Shown here: positions 37,945 to 50,900 of the stretch, piece after piece | Layout of the letters: each line of letters opens with the position of its first letter | How positions within the stretch are numbered: the stretch's first letter is position 1 | NCBI GenBank assembly: GCA_964016885.1 | Contig: OZ024746.1 | Span: 2,914,001 to 2,978,000, forward strand | Reading direction: 5' to 3' | Source: Eledone cirrhosa | Lineage: Eukaryota | Length of the DNA stretch: 64,000 nt | Notes under the pieces: generated by a model | Told to the model about the DNA's origin: nothing | The model's input: only the letters and a program-made list of their open reading frames with translations | Database searches by the model: none | Translations under genes and position numbers: made by a program

Positions 37945-40030
37945 CACTCACCATATTCAGCAAACCTTTTATGCCGATTCTTCCATTTCTTATATGAGGA
38001 CTATCAAGACTATACCGCCGCACATCATCCTGTATTGCACCCAGTCTTCTCAAACGATCATCGAGCCTCCATGCACTTTCTTCATTCCCGTGGTCCCACT
38101 ACCGTAGCATAATGAGGCATCCGTCAACCCCTGCCCTCTCCCTTCCCTGCACGGCGTTGTCCCACTGCATCATTGTGCATCACCATGCACATCTCTGCCT
38201 TGTCAGCCGCAATTCATTCCCCGGCCCTTTCTATTGCCTGCCCTCCGCGGTCCCTAAGGACTGCTACGGCTCCACATGCCGTCCACCCCTGCCCATTTCT
38301 ATTGCCTACACTCAGGGAGAGCTCAATACTTCCATGCCTGACCAAGCCACATCCCTGCCACCGTCAACCCCTGCCCTCTCCCTTCCCTGCACGCTGTCGT
38401 CCCACTGCATCGTCATGCCTCACCATGCCGCATCCATGCTCTGTCAGCCACCATGCCCTCCCCTGCCCTCTCCCTTACCCGCACACCTTGGGCCTTCACG
38501 AGTGCCATGGCTCACCATGCGGAATCCCTGCAACCGTCAATCCCGGCCATCTCCCTTCCCTGCACGCCGTCGACCCACTGCATCGTTTTTCCGCATCCAT
38601 GATGTGTCAGCTGCCATCCCCTCCTCAGCCTTTTATTTTGCCTGCCCGTCGTGCTCCTTCACGACTGCTATGCTTAACCAAGCCACATCCCTGCCACTGT
38701 CAACCCCTGCCCTCTCCCTTGCCCGCACACCTTGGTCCCTCACGACTGCCATGGCTCACCATGCGGCATTCCTGCCCTGTCAGCAACTTTCTCAAATGTT
38801 ATCAGCATGGTTTATCCCTGCACAGCACATAACCGCCCATTATCTCAGACCAAAGACAGCACCGAACATGAAGACGATCCTGTGTAAGTCGTTTTACATT
38901 CATTTTGACCATATTTAACAAAATTAAACAAAAATTCATCCCTTTCTCCTCCAAAGCCTACCGATCATGTATGGCCGATAAACATCCTGCCTTGCACCCG
39001 GTTTTCTCAAACAATCATCCTGCCTCCCGGTGCTCTCTACATTCCCGAGGTGCAACTCAATTGGCATGCCGCATCCACGCCCTGTCAGCCGCCATGCACC
39101 CTGCCCTTTCGTCATGCCTCCTCATGTTGCATCCCTGCGCTGTCAGCCGCCATCCACTCCCCGGCCCTTTCCACTGCCTAGGCATGGCAGTCTTGAGGGA
39201 CCAAGTCGCATCCCTACCACCGTCAACCCCTGCTCTCTCCATTCCCTGCACACCATCGTCCTACTGCATTGTCATGCATCACCATGCCGCATCAATGCTC
39301 TGTCAGCTGCCATCCCCTCCTCGGCCCTTTCTTTTGCCTGCCCGCAGTGCTCCTTCAAGACTGCCATGGCTCACCATGCGGCATCCTTGCCACCGTCCAC
39401 CCCTGTCCTCTTCCTTGCCTGCTGACCGTCGTCCCACTGCATCGTCATGCCTCAGGATGCCGCCTCCATGCACTGTCAGCCACCATCACCTCCTCAGCCC
39501 TTTCTTTTTCCTGACCGCCATGCTCCTTCAAGACTCCCATGGCTATCTATGCCGCATCAATTCCTTGCCACCCACTTAAACGTCATCAGCATGGCTTATT
39601 GTTGCCCCAATTGACCACCGATTTTCGCAGGCTAAACACAATACCAACGTGCACGATAGTCCATGGTAAATCTTTTTAATTACATGTTCATCGTGCTAAG
39701 CAAAGGATGAATAGCAACTCTTTCATTTCTCCTGACATGCCTTTCTGTCAATTATGGCCGAGAAGCATCCTGTGTAGCATCGCGTCTTCTCAAGCAATCA
39801 GCGTGCCTTCCACTGTCCTCACAATTGACTCACAATGCCACATCTATTCCCTGCGATGCCCCTAAACATCATCAGCATGGCTTATTTTTCTGCTGCGTTT
39901 AACCGGCCCTCATTCTAGGCCATAAACAACAAAACCGCACGATGATGATGCGTAAGTCTATTTAAATTAATGGTGAACATGTTCAGCAAAACAATTGTAC
40001 CAATTCTTCCTCTTCACCTCCAAGGCCTAT
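37945..40030. repeat. Hierarchical GC-rich repeat inside the Helitron-like element
   Basis: Large units begin ~37950, 38909, 39688 and 39975. Subunit ccgtcaacccctgccctctcccttccctgcac occurs at ~38121, 38361, 38534, 38695, 39220 and 39392. Confidence 0.85.
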
Positions 40031-40565
40031 CCATTACATCTACGATTTCAATATTGACACAATAGTCCGTCAGGTTTTTCGGCACATGTTGCTCCGATAG
40101 GAATATCAACGTGATTTTCACTTAATTCGTAAGTGTTCAGTCTTCCGTATGCTTTTATTTTTTATTGATACACCACCGACTACAATCATCTAACTTCACT
40201 TTGTAGGCTAGACGCGAATCACAAGGAAAACAATCCTCTGATATACAACCCCACCAAATTCTTTGGTCTACCTAGATTTCAATGGCTATATCCTTTGCTT
40301 TTGTACGGTTGTACATTTGACAATGTCGCAAAACATTATTCCACTTGATTCTTACCTTTCAGCTATGAATTGGGCAGTGCCTTAAAATCCCGGTTTATTT
40401 GCGTGTAATTTTTTGGTATCTTATGAATGGAGAATCGAAAACCCTTTTTCTCATAACCTGATACATGCGTTACATATACTCCATGGATGTTTGTGGACTA
40501 TTTTTTTCTAGATACCAATATCACAGATTGGAGCACAAAAAGAAACGTTTGTTCTTCATTTATTT

Positions 40566-40728
40566 TGGTTAAAGCATCCTGCTGGAATTTAGTGCAGACC
40601 CGTTTAAATCCAGCGCCTTATAACCCCAAGTGTAACCGGGTACACCAGCTAGAAAGACAAATGGAAACATTGTTTCCTCGGCCCGATTTGACGAAAGTCG
40701 ATTTAGGTCCACAACAAATTAACAAACC
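40566..40728 (+). mobile_element. Degenerate tRNA-like SINE inside the Helitron-like element
   Basis: tggttaaagc..., B-box-like GTTTAAATCC, and a 51-bp tail shared with 9524-9574. Confidence 0.5.
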
Positions 40729-41278
40729 ATACTTGAAGACACGTTGACGCTGTTACAATTTTGATCAACTTTTTTTCACCTATAGCAAATTTACCGGGAC
40801 AGGTTTTTAGCTACTCAAATCTACTTCAGAGGTCACGCATTCATGTAAAAAATCAATAAAACTGAATCGGGGGTTCGACTTTGCGCAAAATACAAGGCAA
40901 AGTTGCACATGGGAAAACTTTTTACAGAAACGTCCGATTTTCTTGAAAACTGTTGCAAAAGACTCGCCATTATGCCGCAGTTCAGATAAAGTCCCTTTTA
41001 TTTCTTCTTCTGCACATGTGAGAGCGAAAATTGTAAAAAATAAAAAACTGTGAAAAAATCGACTTTTTCACCCTGCTTAATATAAACCCACACTCTGAGT
41101 ATATTTTAACATGGCACCAACACTGAATATATTTATTGCGGTACCATTACTAGAGCGGTTGTTGTTATTGTCTCAACTAAAGAGCTTTCTCTACCCTATG
41201 GACAGGGGTGGGGTTTTGCCAAATATGACAGGATTTGGCAGAATGAGGACCTACATATGGATATATTTCTATAAACAT

Positions 41279-41445
41279 AATAATTGTTTCTCCTTTTGGC
41301 ACAAGGCCAGCAATTACCCAGTACATTACTGGTACTTTATTTTATAAACCCCGTAAGGATGAAAGGCAAAGTTAACCTCAGCGGGATTTGAATTCAGACC
41401 ATAAAGGGCCGTAACTCTTTGCTGCAAAGCATGGCATCCGACCTT
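41279..41445 (-). mobile_element. SINE family A (5'-truncated)
   Basis: Core and tail match. Confidence 0.85.
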
Positions 41446-42096
41446 CATAATAATATATGTATTAGTGTGATGGGAACATATGATTCTGTGTATTTGTAAA
41501 GGGTGTTTTTCTACCATATGTGTTGTCATAAAAACCTGGAAATCCCAGCTGTACTCCATTCATGGCAACAGATGAGAATTTCAATTGAATTATTGTTTTT
41601 TAACTTATTTCATTTTGAAATTTCAAATTGATAAATATTGGCATGTTGTTATAAACTAAATTCAATTCGAGAAGAAAATTAAATCAAAAGAAAATTTTAA
41701 AAATTTAAATTCAAATTTGAACAAAAATAGAATTTCAATAAACTTGAATTTTTATTTATCAAATTGAATTTGATGTAAACTTCTGTTATTTGTATAAAAA
41801 GGTAATGGTTTGTAATTTAGACACAAGACCAGCAATTTCAAACTTTACTCTTCCACGTATGGAAAATAATGGTTTCTGATTTAGGCACAAAGCCAACAAA
41901 TCTAACCTCAGTGGGATGTGAATTCAGAACGTAAAGGGATGTAACTCTATGCCATAAAACATGGTATCCGACACTTTACTGATATGGCCAATCCACTTGC
42001 CATGGATTTTCTATATGGAAAATAATGATGTTATCATTGACAGTATTACAGTCAAAACTCAGTGACACTGTAATAATACAGTGTTATAACATCCTT

Positions 42097-42982
42097 ATAA
42101 CATTGACATAATAACACCATATTGACTTACTGATAACAATAACATTGACATAATAACACCATATTGACTTACTGATAACAATAACATTGACATAATAACA
42201 TCATATTGACTTACTGATAACAATAACATTGACATAATAACATCATATTGACTTACTGATAACAATAACATTGACATAATAACACCATATTGACTTACTG
42301 ATAACAATAACATTGACATAATAACATCATATTGACTTACTGATAACAATAACATTGACATAATAACACCATATTGACTTACTGATAACAATAACATTGA
42401 CATAATAACATCATATTGACTTACTGATAACAATAACATTGACATAATAACATCATATTGACTTTCTGATAACAATAACATTGACATAATAACACCATAT
42501 TGACTTACTGATAACAATAACATTGACATAATAACAACATATTGACTTACTGATAACAATAACATTGACATAATAACATCATATTGACTTACTGATAACA
42601 ATAACATTGACATAATAACATCATATTGACTTTCTGATAACAATAACATTGACATAATAACACCATATTGACTTACTGATAACAATAACATTGACATAAT
42701 AACAACATATTGACTTACTGATAACAATAACATTGACATAATAACAACATATTGACTTACTGATAACAATAACATTGACATAATAACACCATATTGACTT
42801 ACTGATAACAATAACATTGACATAATAACAACATATTGACTTACTGATAACAATAACATTGACATAATAACACCATATTGACTTACTGATAACAATAACA
42901 TTGACATAATAACATCATATTGACTTACTGATAACAATAACATTGACATAATAACATCATATTGACTTACTGATAACAATAA
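42097..42982. repeat. 42-bp minisatellite, ~21 units
   Basis: ataacattgacataataaca(c/t/a)catattgacttactgataaca. Confidence 0.97.
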
Positions 42983-43004
42983 GATTGATTATAAAGAGAA
43001 CATT

Positions 43005-43335
43005 ACATTGACAGTGATAAGGACATTGGTAACAATACATTGACATATGACAACACATTGACAGAGATATGGACATTGGTAACAATATAGTGACATATGA
43101 CAACACATTGACAGTGATAAGGACATTGGTAACAATACATTGACATATGACAACACATTGACAGAGATATGGACATTGGTAACAATATAGTGACATATGA
43201 CAACACATTGACAGTGATAAGGACAATGGTAACAATATAGTGACATATGACAACACATTGACAGTGATAAGGACATATTGACAATAACATATTGACAGTG
43301 ATATGGACATAGTGACAACAACACATTGACAGTGG
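43005..43335. repeat. 60/120-bp tandem repeat built from cattgaca submotifs
   Basis: Lines 43021/43141 and 43081/43201 show the periodicity. Confidence 0.9.
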
Positions 43336-44289
43336 TAGGAACATATTAATAACACTAAACTGACAATGACAATAGCATACTGATACAATATCAACATGTT
43401 GATACAATAACAATACAACATTAGAACAATGGCAATGCTATATATTGATACAACAGTAATAATACATAGATATAGTGATAATAACTGATATACTGATAAC
43501 AATATACTGGCAAGAGCACATTAGCACCAATAGTAGCAATATTTAGATAGAGAGATAATAAAGAAAATACCATTAACAGAAGGAAAACAACAACGGTGGT
43601 AAAATATTTCAGATACATTGATATTGGTAAACATGAAAAAAATATAATATACTCATAAAAAGCAAACAACAAAACAATATAGAAACAGCCATAAACAAAA
43701 GATATAAGATAATATTTCTCTATTTCTCTATAATGTTTCTATAAATGAATCATCATTTATAGTGTCACATCTGTTTATGTCGATCATGGTTAATACTTTA
43801 ACACTCTATCTGTTATTTAGTCACACAATATTGATTATTTTAATCATTTCATCTTCTCATCAATTGATTTAGAAATTCTGGTTTATAAAATGGAAATGGT
43901 TCCGTTCTCCATTCCCAAACAGACCATCCCCTATGACAGTCCTGCATCTAATTTAAAACTTACTATATTTTCAAGCATTATATTAGTTTTATAAGTCTAC
44001 AGTGCTGTTGTGATTATTGTTGTTGTTGTTGTTGTTGATTATTTTTTAATGTTATTGCTTATTTGGCTGAATGCTTTTGTCATTATTATTATTTGAGGGC
44101 AGTAGATTGGCAGTATCGGTAGAGCGCCAGACACCATGATTTGCAGCATACAGTTATGGCCCTTTTCCTTCTGAGGTCAAATTCCACCTTTCATCCTTAT
44201 GTGGTTGACAAAATAAAGTACCAGTAATGCACTGGGGTCAATTTAATCGGCTTTCCCCTCCACTCAATATTGTTTACCTCATTTCCCAC

Positions 44290-44810
44290 CTCTGCCTGAC
44301 CTTTTGGGGATAGTTTCCTCGAGGCCCATTTCTGGGTGAGAGTGGCCACCCTGTTCATTACTTGGTCCCAGTTTTTCTCTCTCTGGAGGTCTGGGTCAAA
44401 CCAGACCTGAGCAATATAACCAGTCCATCCATCCAGTGGCTGATGATGCTGTTGGATGGCATGGACCTGCCCCTTCGAGCACTGAGCTGCAGGCCCGCTG
44501 ATTTTCCTGATTAATCTTTGCTCCTGTTACTGCTTTGTACTCCCTGAGAGCAGTGCCAATCACTTCAATGTAGTATGCAACACTACTAAGATGACATCAT
44601 CTGCATATGCTGACACAGATCTCCCACATGCAGGATATCCCTCAATGTCACCAATTTGCATAGTAATGGCTCGAGTATCAATACATACAATAGGGTTGAG
44701 AAGGGACAACCTTGGTGGACTGAGAATATGATGTTGAACAATTCTGAAAGGTGACCATTAACTCTAACCACAGAGTAGATGTTGCTGTACATTGTAGGGC
44801 AGACCATCCA
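44290..44810 (-). pseudogene. L1/Tx1-type reverse transcriptase remnant
   Basis: YSVVRVNGHLSELF...SVHQGCPFSTLLYVLILEPLL and SAYADDV. Confidence 0.85.
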
Positions 44811-45294
44811 AACTCTGTCAGTTCACCATCTTAGATTGATACTTTATTTATTGACCTCAGTTAAAATTGAACTCAGAATGTAGGAGCCAGAATAAATACA
44901 GATGGAAGAATCTTTAGATACTTAATTAAACACACCTCTGTTTCTGCCACTTAACATTTATAATTTTCATCACAATGTCATAATTATTTCCATGAGTAGT
45001 TTAGTTAAAGATGGTGTTGAATTTCAGAAAATATTTCATTACTTCTATATAAATATGTAATGTAATCTATCTGAACATCAGGTCTGGATTAAGGATGTAT
45101 GATGTTCTAAGCACAGCTTAACAATAGCATCATTTCAACCATTCCATTTTATAACTAACAAGAGATTAAGATTCAATATGTGCTGAATGGGAAATAATAG
45201 ATTATAAATTCAGTTTTCTTATAGGCCCAGCTGCACATATTAAAGATAACTATTATATATATATACATGTATATAAACACATCCAAGGAAGCCT

Positions 45295-45598
45295 CTAGTC
45301 CACACTGTAAAGTGGTCATGTAGGTGTCATGACAAAAAGCACTCAGTCCACACTGTAAAGTAGTCATGTAGGTGTCACAACAAAAAGCACCCAGTCCACA
45401 CTGTAAAGTGGTCATGTAGGTGTCATGACAAAAAGCACCCAGTCCACTCTGTAAAGTAGTTGTGTAAATAAGGTTGGTGTTAGGAAAGCATCCAGCTGTA
45501 GAAACCAAGCCAAGATCAGTTCTGTATGAGTAAAACAGGACAACTCATCTAACCCATGCTAGTGTGGAAAACTGGACGTTAAACAGTATGATAATGAT
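45295..45598 (+). mobile_element. RTE 3'-UTR copy with ~48-bp internal repeats
   Basis: Same family as 34090-34597. Confidence 0.8.
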
Positions 45599-46429
45599 AT
45601 ATAACAGTAAAATAGCAGTCAGCAATATAAGGAAATGTTTTACTTCTAACTATGATTACAGGAAGAAAGAGATATCTTTTACACTTTTTGTAGGTCCCTG
45701 GTTCAGCTGCACTATTTACATTACGGTAAATCAGGAACTGAAACAGAAAACCCTACTGTGGGGCTCCATTCCCTTGGTACCCCAAGGATGTTTGTTTTGC
45801 TTAATGGTTAATTCAGGTCTGCTGAACTCTCCCATAATTTAGGAAGAACAAAATCATATTGTAGACACATTACATGTTCTAGCAATCCATCAGATGTTTG
45901 CAATTCAGGAACATAATGTTGTTGTTTTTATTTATTCCTTGTTGTTGTTGTTTAATTATTGTTGGTGTATTTGTTTCTTTGTTAATAATTCTTCAAAAGA
46001 ATTTCTATTATTTCAACTGAGAGCAATTGAGGCTGTCTTTGTTGTTCTTGTTATTTTTGCTAGGGCAACGAATTGACACAAATGTCTTACGATATATAAT
46101 CATCATCATCATCATAGTCATCTTCGTCATCATCATTATCATCATCGTTTTTAAGTCATTTTTTTCCACACTTGCATGGGTTGGACAGGTCCTCCTAAGC
46201 ACAGCTCTCCATTTGCCGTGTTTCTTCATTTCCTCTGTGAGTCTCAGCAGTTTATTATATCCTTCCACAAAATGTTTGGTCTTGTGCCTATACTAGAAAT
46301 TATTATTTTTGTTGCTGTTTTTACTACTATTGATGTTGTTGTTGTTGCTGATGTTGTTGTAATGATGTTTATGTTGCTGATGCTTGTTACTGTTGTTAAA
46401 TGGTGGATCCTGTGTCTAACAATTATTGT

Positions 46430-46973
46430 TTAACCCTTTATCATTCAAACCGGCCAGAATTCTCTCACCTCTTTCTGTTCAAACCGGCTGTAACCGGCCC
46501 CTCATACTCATGTTAAGGTATTGTTCTCAAAATATATATCAAAATCTCATAGATGTGAAATAATTATGTGAAATAATTATGTGAAATAATTATGTGAGGT
46601 AATTATGTGAAATAATTATGTGAAATAATTATGTGAGGTAATTATGTGAAATAATTATGTGAGGTAATTATGTGAGGTAATTATGTGAAATAATTATGTG
46701 AGGTAATTATGTGAAATAATTATGTGAGGTAATTATGTGAGGTAATTATGTGAAATAATTATGTGAGGTAATTATGTGAAATAATTATGTGAGGTAATTA
46801 TGTGAGGTAATTATGTGAAATAATTATGTGAGGTAATTATGTGAAATAATTATGTGAGGTAATTATGTGAAATAATTATGTGAGGTAATTATGTGAAATA
46901 ATTATGTGAGGTAAAGCCTTTACTGCAAAAATATAATAGTAAATATAGAGTAATGCAAATGCTAAAGGGTTAA
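46430..46973 (+). mobile_element. piggyBac-like MITE carrying an expanded 13-bp minisatellite
   Basis: TTAA|CCCTTTATCATT ... AATGCTAAAGGG|TTAA. Body matches 2602-2991. Confidence 0.88.
46553..46913. repeat. 13-bp minisatellite (~27 units, two variants)
   Basis: aattatgtgaaat / aattatgtgaggt. Confidence 0.95.
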
Positions 46974-47597
46974 GGTTCATTTGGCTGTATAGATACATTA
47001 CTTTACCTCCAATGTATCTTTAGCTTCTCTTTCAAGAAGGTGTTATTTTCTGATGAGCAAGTGTGTGTGTGGGGGGGGGGGGGGGCTATCAGAAAAGTAC
47101 TTTATACCCACTCATTATCATTTAATTATACAATGAGGTCACTTTATAATTTCTACAGATTGCCTAAAATGTATATAGTTGTTTAAAAGAAACATTACGA
47201 AAACTGGAAAATTATTATATTATTTTGTACGGTCTTTTTTTTTTCATTAATTTTATTTTGATTCTGGAAGAGAAATTATTAAGGTAACCTCCCATTGTCC
47301 CCATCAGAGCTGGGACCTGTGGCAGATTCTCTAGTGGCCACAGACGTGATTCTAAAAGCAAGCTTTAACAGTTTCCATATCCTTTTCCAGTGGACAATGG
47401 CTTTGTATCTACGTGTATTCTATATTTCAAATAAATAGATGTTTTGAAATGTGTATAACACATTGAACAGTACTGATAAATAATGGATTACATATTTACA
47501 TAAATTTACATATAACTCATTAAGAACTCTACAGAATTTCATATACTCAGCTATTTTATAAAATAAAATTGCATTTTGCCATTTGCTCATATCCAGT

Positions 47598-47860
47598 ATG
47601 GTAATAATGGTGACAGAGGTGATGGTGATGGTGATAATAGTGATGGTGATGGTGGTGATGATAATAGTGATGGTGATGGTGGTGATGATAATAGTGATGG
47701 TGATGGTGGTGATGATAATAGTGATGGTGATGGTGGTGATGATAATAGTGATGGTGATGGTGATGGTGATAATAGTGATGGTGAGGGTGATGTTGATAAT
47801 AGTGATGGTGATGGTGATGGTGATGGTGATGTTGGTGGTGGTGGTAGTGGTGATGGTAAT
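47598..47860. repeat. GAT/GGT-rich 27-bp repeat
   Basis: gataatagtgatggtgatggtggtgat. Confidence 0.9.
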
Positions 47861-47911
47861 AAATGATTAAATAAATAAAGGTGAGTTGTATTTGATATTA
47901 ACCTGGTTAAA

Positions 47912-50900
47912 TTGTTAGGACAGTTGACCAGTCTGTGTTAGTTAGGACAGTTGACCAGTGTCTGTGTTAGTTAGGACAGTTGACCAGTCTGTGTTAGTTA
48001 GGACAGTTGACCAGTCTGTGTTAGTTAGGACAGTTGACCAGTCTGTGTTAGTTAGGACAGTTGACCAGTGTCTGTGTTAGTTAGGACAGTTGACCAGTCT
48101 GTGTTAGTTAGGACAGTTGACCAGTCTGTGTTAGTTAGGACAGTTGACCAGTCTGTGTTAGTTAGGACAGTTGACCAGTGTCTGTGTTAGTTAGGACAGT
48201 TGAGCAGTCTGTGTTAATTAGGACAGTTGACCAGTCTGTGTTAATTAGGACAGTTGACCAGTGTCTGTGTTAGTTAGGACAGTTGAGCAGTCTGTGTTAA
48301 TTAGGACAGTTGACCAGTCTGTGTTAATTAGGACAGTTGACCAGTGTCTGTGTTAGTTAGGACAGTTGAGCAGTCTGTGTTAATTAGGACAGTTGACCAG
48401 TCTGTTAATTAGGACAGTTGACCAGTGTCTGTGTTAGGACAGTTGAGCAGTCTGTGTTAATTAGGACAGTTGACCAGTCTGTGTTAGTTAGGACAGTTGA
48501 CCAGTGTCTGTGTTAGGACAGTTGAGCAGTCTGTGTTAATTAGGACAGTTGACCAGTCTGTGTTAATTAGAACAGTTGACCAGTGTCTGTGTTAGTTAGG
48601 ACAGTTGAGCAGTCTGTGTTAGTTAGGACAGTTGAGCAGTCTGTGTTAATTAGGACAGTTGACCAGTCTGTGTTAGTTAGGACAGTTGACCAGTCTGTGT
48701 TAGTTAGGACAGTTGACCAGTCTGTGTTAGTTAGGACAGTTGACCAGTGTCTGTGTTAGTTAGGACAGTTGAGCAGTCTGTGTTAATTAGGACAGTTGAC
48801 CAGTCTGTGTTAATTAGGACGGTTGACCAGTGTCTGTGTTAGTTAGGACAGTTGAGCAGTCTGTGTTAATTAGGACAGTTGACCAGTCTGTGTTAATTAG
48901 GACAGTTGACCAGTGTCTGTGCTAGTTAGGACAGTTGAGCAGTCTGTGTTAATTAGGACAGTTGACCAGTCTGTGTTAGTTAGGACAGTTGACCAGTCTG
49001 TGTTAGTTAGGACAGTTGACCAGTCTGTGTTAGTTAGGACAGTGGACCAGTGTCTGTGTTAGTTAGGACAGTTTAGCAGTCTGTGTTAATTAGGACAGTT
49101 GACCAGTCTGTGTTAATTAGGACAGTTGACCAGTGTCTGTGTTAGTTAGGACAGTTGACCAGTCTGTGTTAATTAGGACAGTTGACCAGTCTGTGTTAAT
49201 TAGGACAGTTGACCAGTGTCTGTGTTAGTTAGGACAGTTGAGCAGTCTGTGTTAATTAGGACAGTTGACCAGTCTGTGTTAATTAGGACAGTTGACCAGT
49301 GTCTGTGTTAGTTAGGACAGTTGAGCAGTCTGTGTTAATTAGGACAGTTGACCAGTCTGTGTTAGTTAGGACAGTTGACCAGTGTCTGTGTTAGTTAGGA
49401 CAGTTGAGCAGTCTGTGTTAATTAGGACAGTTGACCAGTCTGTGTTAATTAGGACAGTTGACGAGTGTCTGTGTTAGTTAGGACAGTTGAGCAGTCTGTG
49501 TTAATTAGGACAGTTGACCAGTCTGTGTTAATTAGGACAGTTGACCAGTGTCTGTGTTAGTTAGGACAGTTGAGCAGTCTGTGTTAATTAGGACAGTTGA
49601 CCAGTCTGTGTTAATTAGGACAGTTGACCAGTGTCTGTGTTAGTTAGGACAGTTGACCAGTCTGTGTTAATTAGGACAGTTGAGCAGTCTGCGTTAGGAC
49701 AATTGACCAGTCTGTGTTAGTTAGGACAGTTGACCAGTCTGTTAGTTAGGACAGTTGAGCAGTCTGTGTTAATTAGGACAGTTGACCAGTCTGTGTTAGT
49801 TAGGACAATTGACCAGTGTCTGTGTTAGTTAGGACAGTTGACCAGTCTGTGTTAGTTAGGACAGTTGACCAGTCTGTGTTAGTTAGGACAGTTGACCAGT
49901 CTGTGTTAGTTAGGACAGTTGACCAGTCTGTGTTAATTAGGACAATTGACCAGTGTCTGTGTTAGTTAGGACAGTTGACCAGTCTGTGTTAGTTAGGACA
50001 GTTGACCAGTCTGTGTTAGTTAGGACAATTGACCAGTCTGTGTTAATTAGGACAGTTGACCAGTCTGTGTTAATTAGGACAGTTGACCAGTTTGTGTTAG
50101 TTAGGACAGTTGACCAGTCTGTGTTAGTTAGGACAGTTGACCAGTCTGTGTTAATTAGGACAGTTGACCAGTCTGTGTTAGTTAGGACAGTTGAGCAGTC
50201 TGTGTTAATTAGGACAGTTGACCAGTCTGTGTTAGTTAGGACAATTGACCAGTGTCTGTGTTAGTTAGGACAGTTGACCAGTCTGTGTTAATTAGGACAG
50301 TTGACCAGTCTGTGTTAGTTAGGACAGTTGACCAGTCCGTGTTAGTTAGGACAGTTGACCAGTCTGTGTTAATAAGAACAGTTGACCAGTCTGTGTTAAT
50401 TAGGGCAGTTGACCAGTGTCTGTGTTAGTTAGGACAGTTGACCAGTGTATGTGTTAGTGAGGATAGTTGACCAGTCTGTGTTAGTTAGGAAAGTTGACCA
50501 GTGTATGTGTTAGTTAGGACAGTTGACCAGTGTATGTGTTAGTTAGGACAGTTGACCAGTCTGTGTTAATTAGGACAGTTGACCAGTCTGTGTTAGTTAG
50601 GACAGTTGACCAGTCTGTGTTAGTTAGGACAGTTGACCAGCGTATGTGTTAGTTAGGACAGTTGACCAGTCTGTGTTAATTAGGACAGGTGACCAGTGTA
50701 TGTGTTAGTTAGGGCAGTTGACCAGTCTGTGTTAGTTAGGACAGTTGACCAGTCTGTGTTAGTTAGGACAGTTGACCAGTCTGTGTTAGTTAGGATAGTT
50801 GATTAGTCTGTGTTAGTTAGGACAGTTGACCAGTCTGTGTTAGTTAGGACATTTGACCAGCCTGTGTTAGGACAGTTGACCAGTCTGTGTTAGTTAGGAC

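Larger units (their letters stand above)
37483..41153 (+). mobile_element. Non-autonomous Helitron-like element with CpG-rich internal repeats
   Basis: A|TCTTATATATAAA start, gtttgtttg microsatellite, ccgattttcatgaaact motif (x3) typical of non-autonomous Helitrons. Candidate 3' end is an imperfect hairpin atggcacc...ggtaccat then CTAG at 41150-41153. The following base is A, not the canonical T, so the 3' end is uncertain. Confidence 0.6.

Noticed and set aside
38112-39579. 268/219/224-aa ORFs as genes
   Set aside because: Overlapping frames in a GC-rich repeat, with subunits read in different frames and no recognisable domain.
42095-42979. 294-aa ORF
   Set aside because: 42-bp minisatellite read in frame.
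45694-45725. Micro-exon candidate (tttttgtag|...|gtaaat)
   Set aside because: Weak donor, an equally plausible acceptor on the opposite strand, and no recognisable peptide.
47043-47105. CTGATGA...GAAA hammerhead candidate
   Set aside because: The intervening sequence is GT/poly-G with no stem II, and stem I does not pair. It is just a short inverted repeat.
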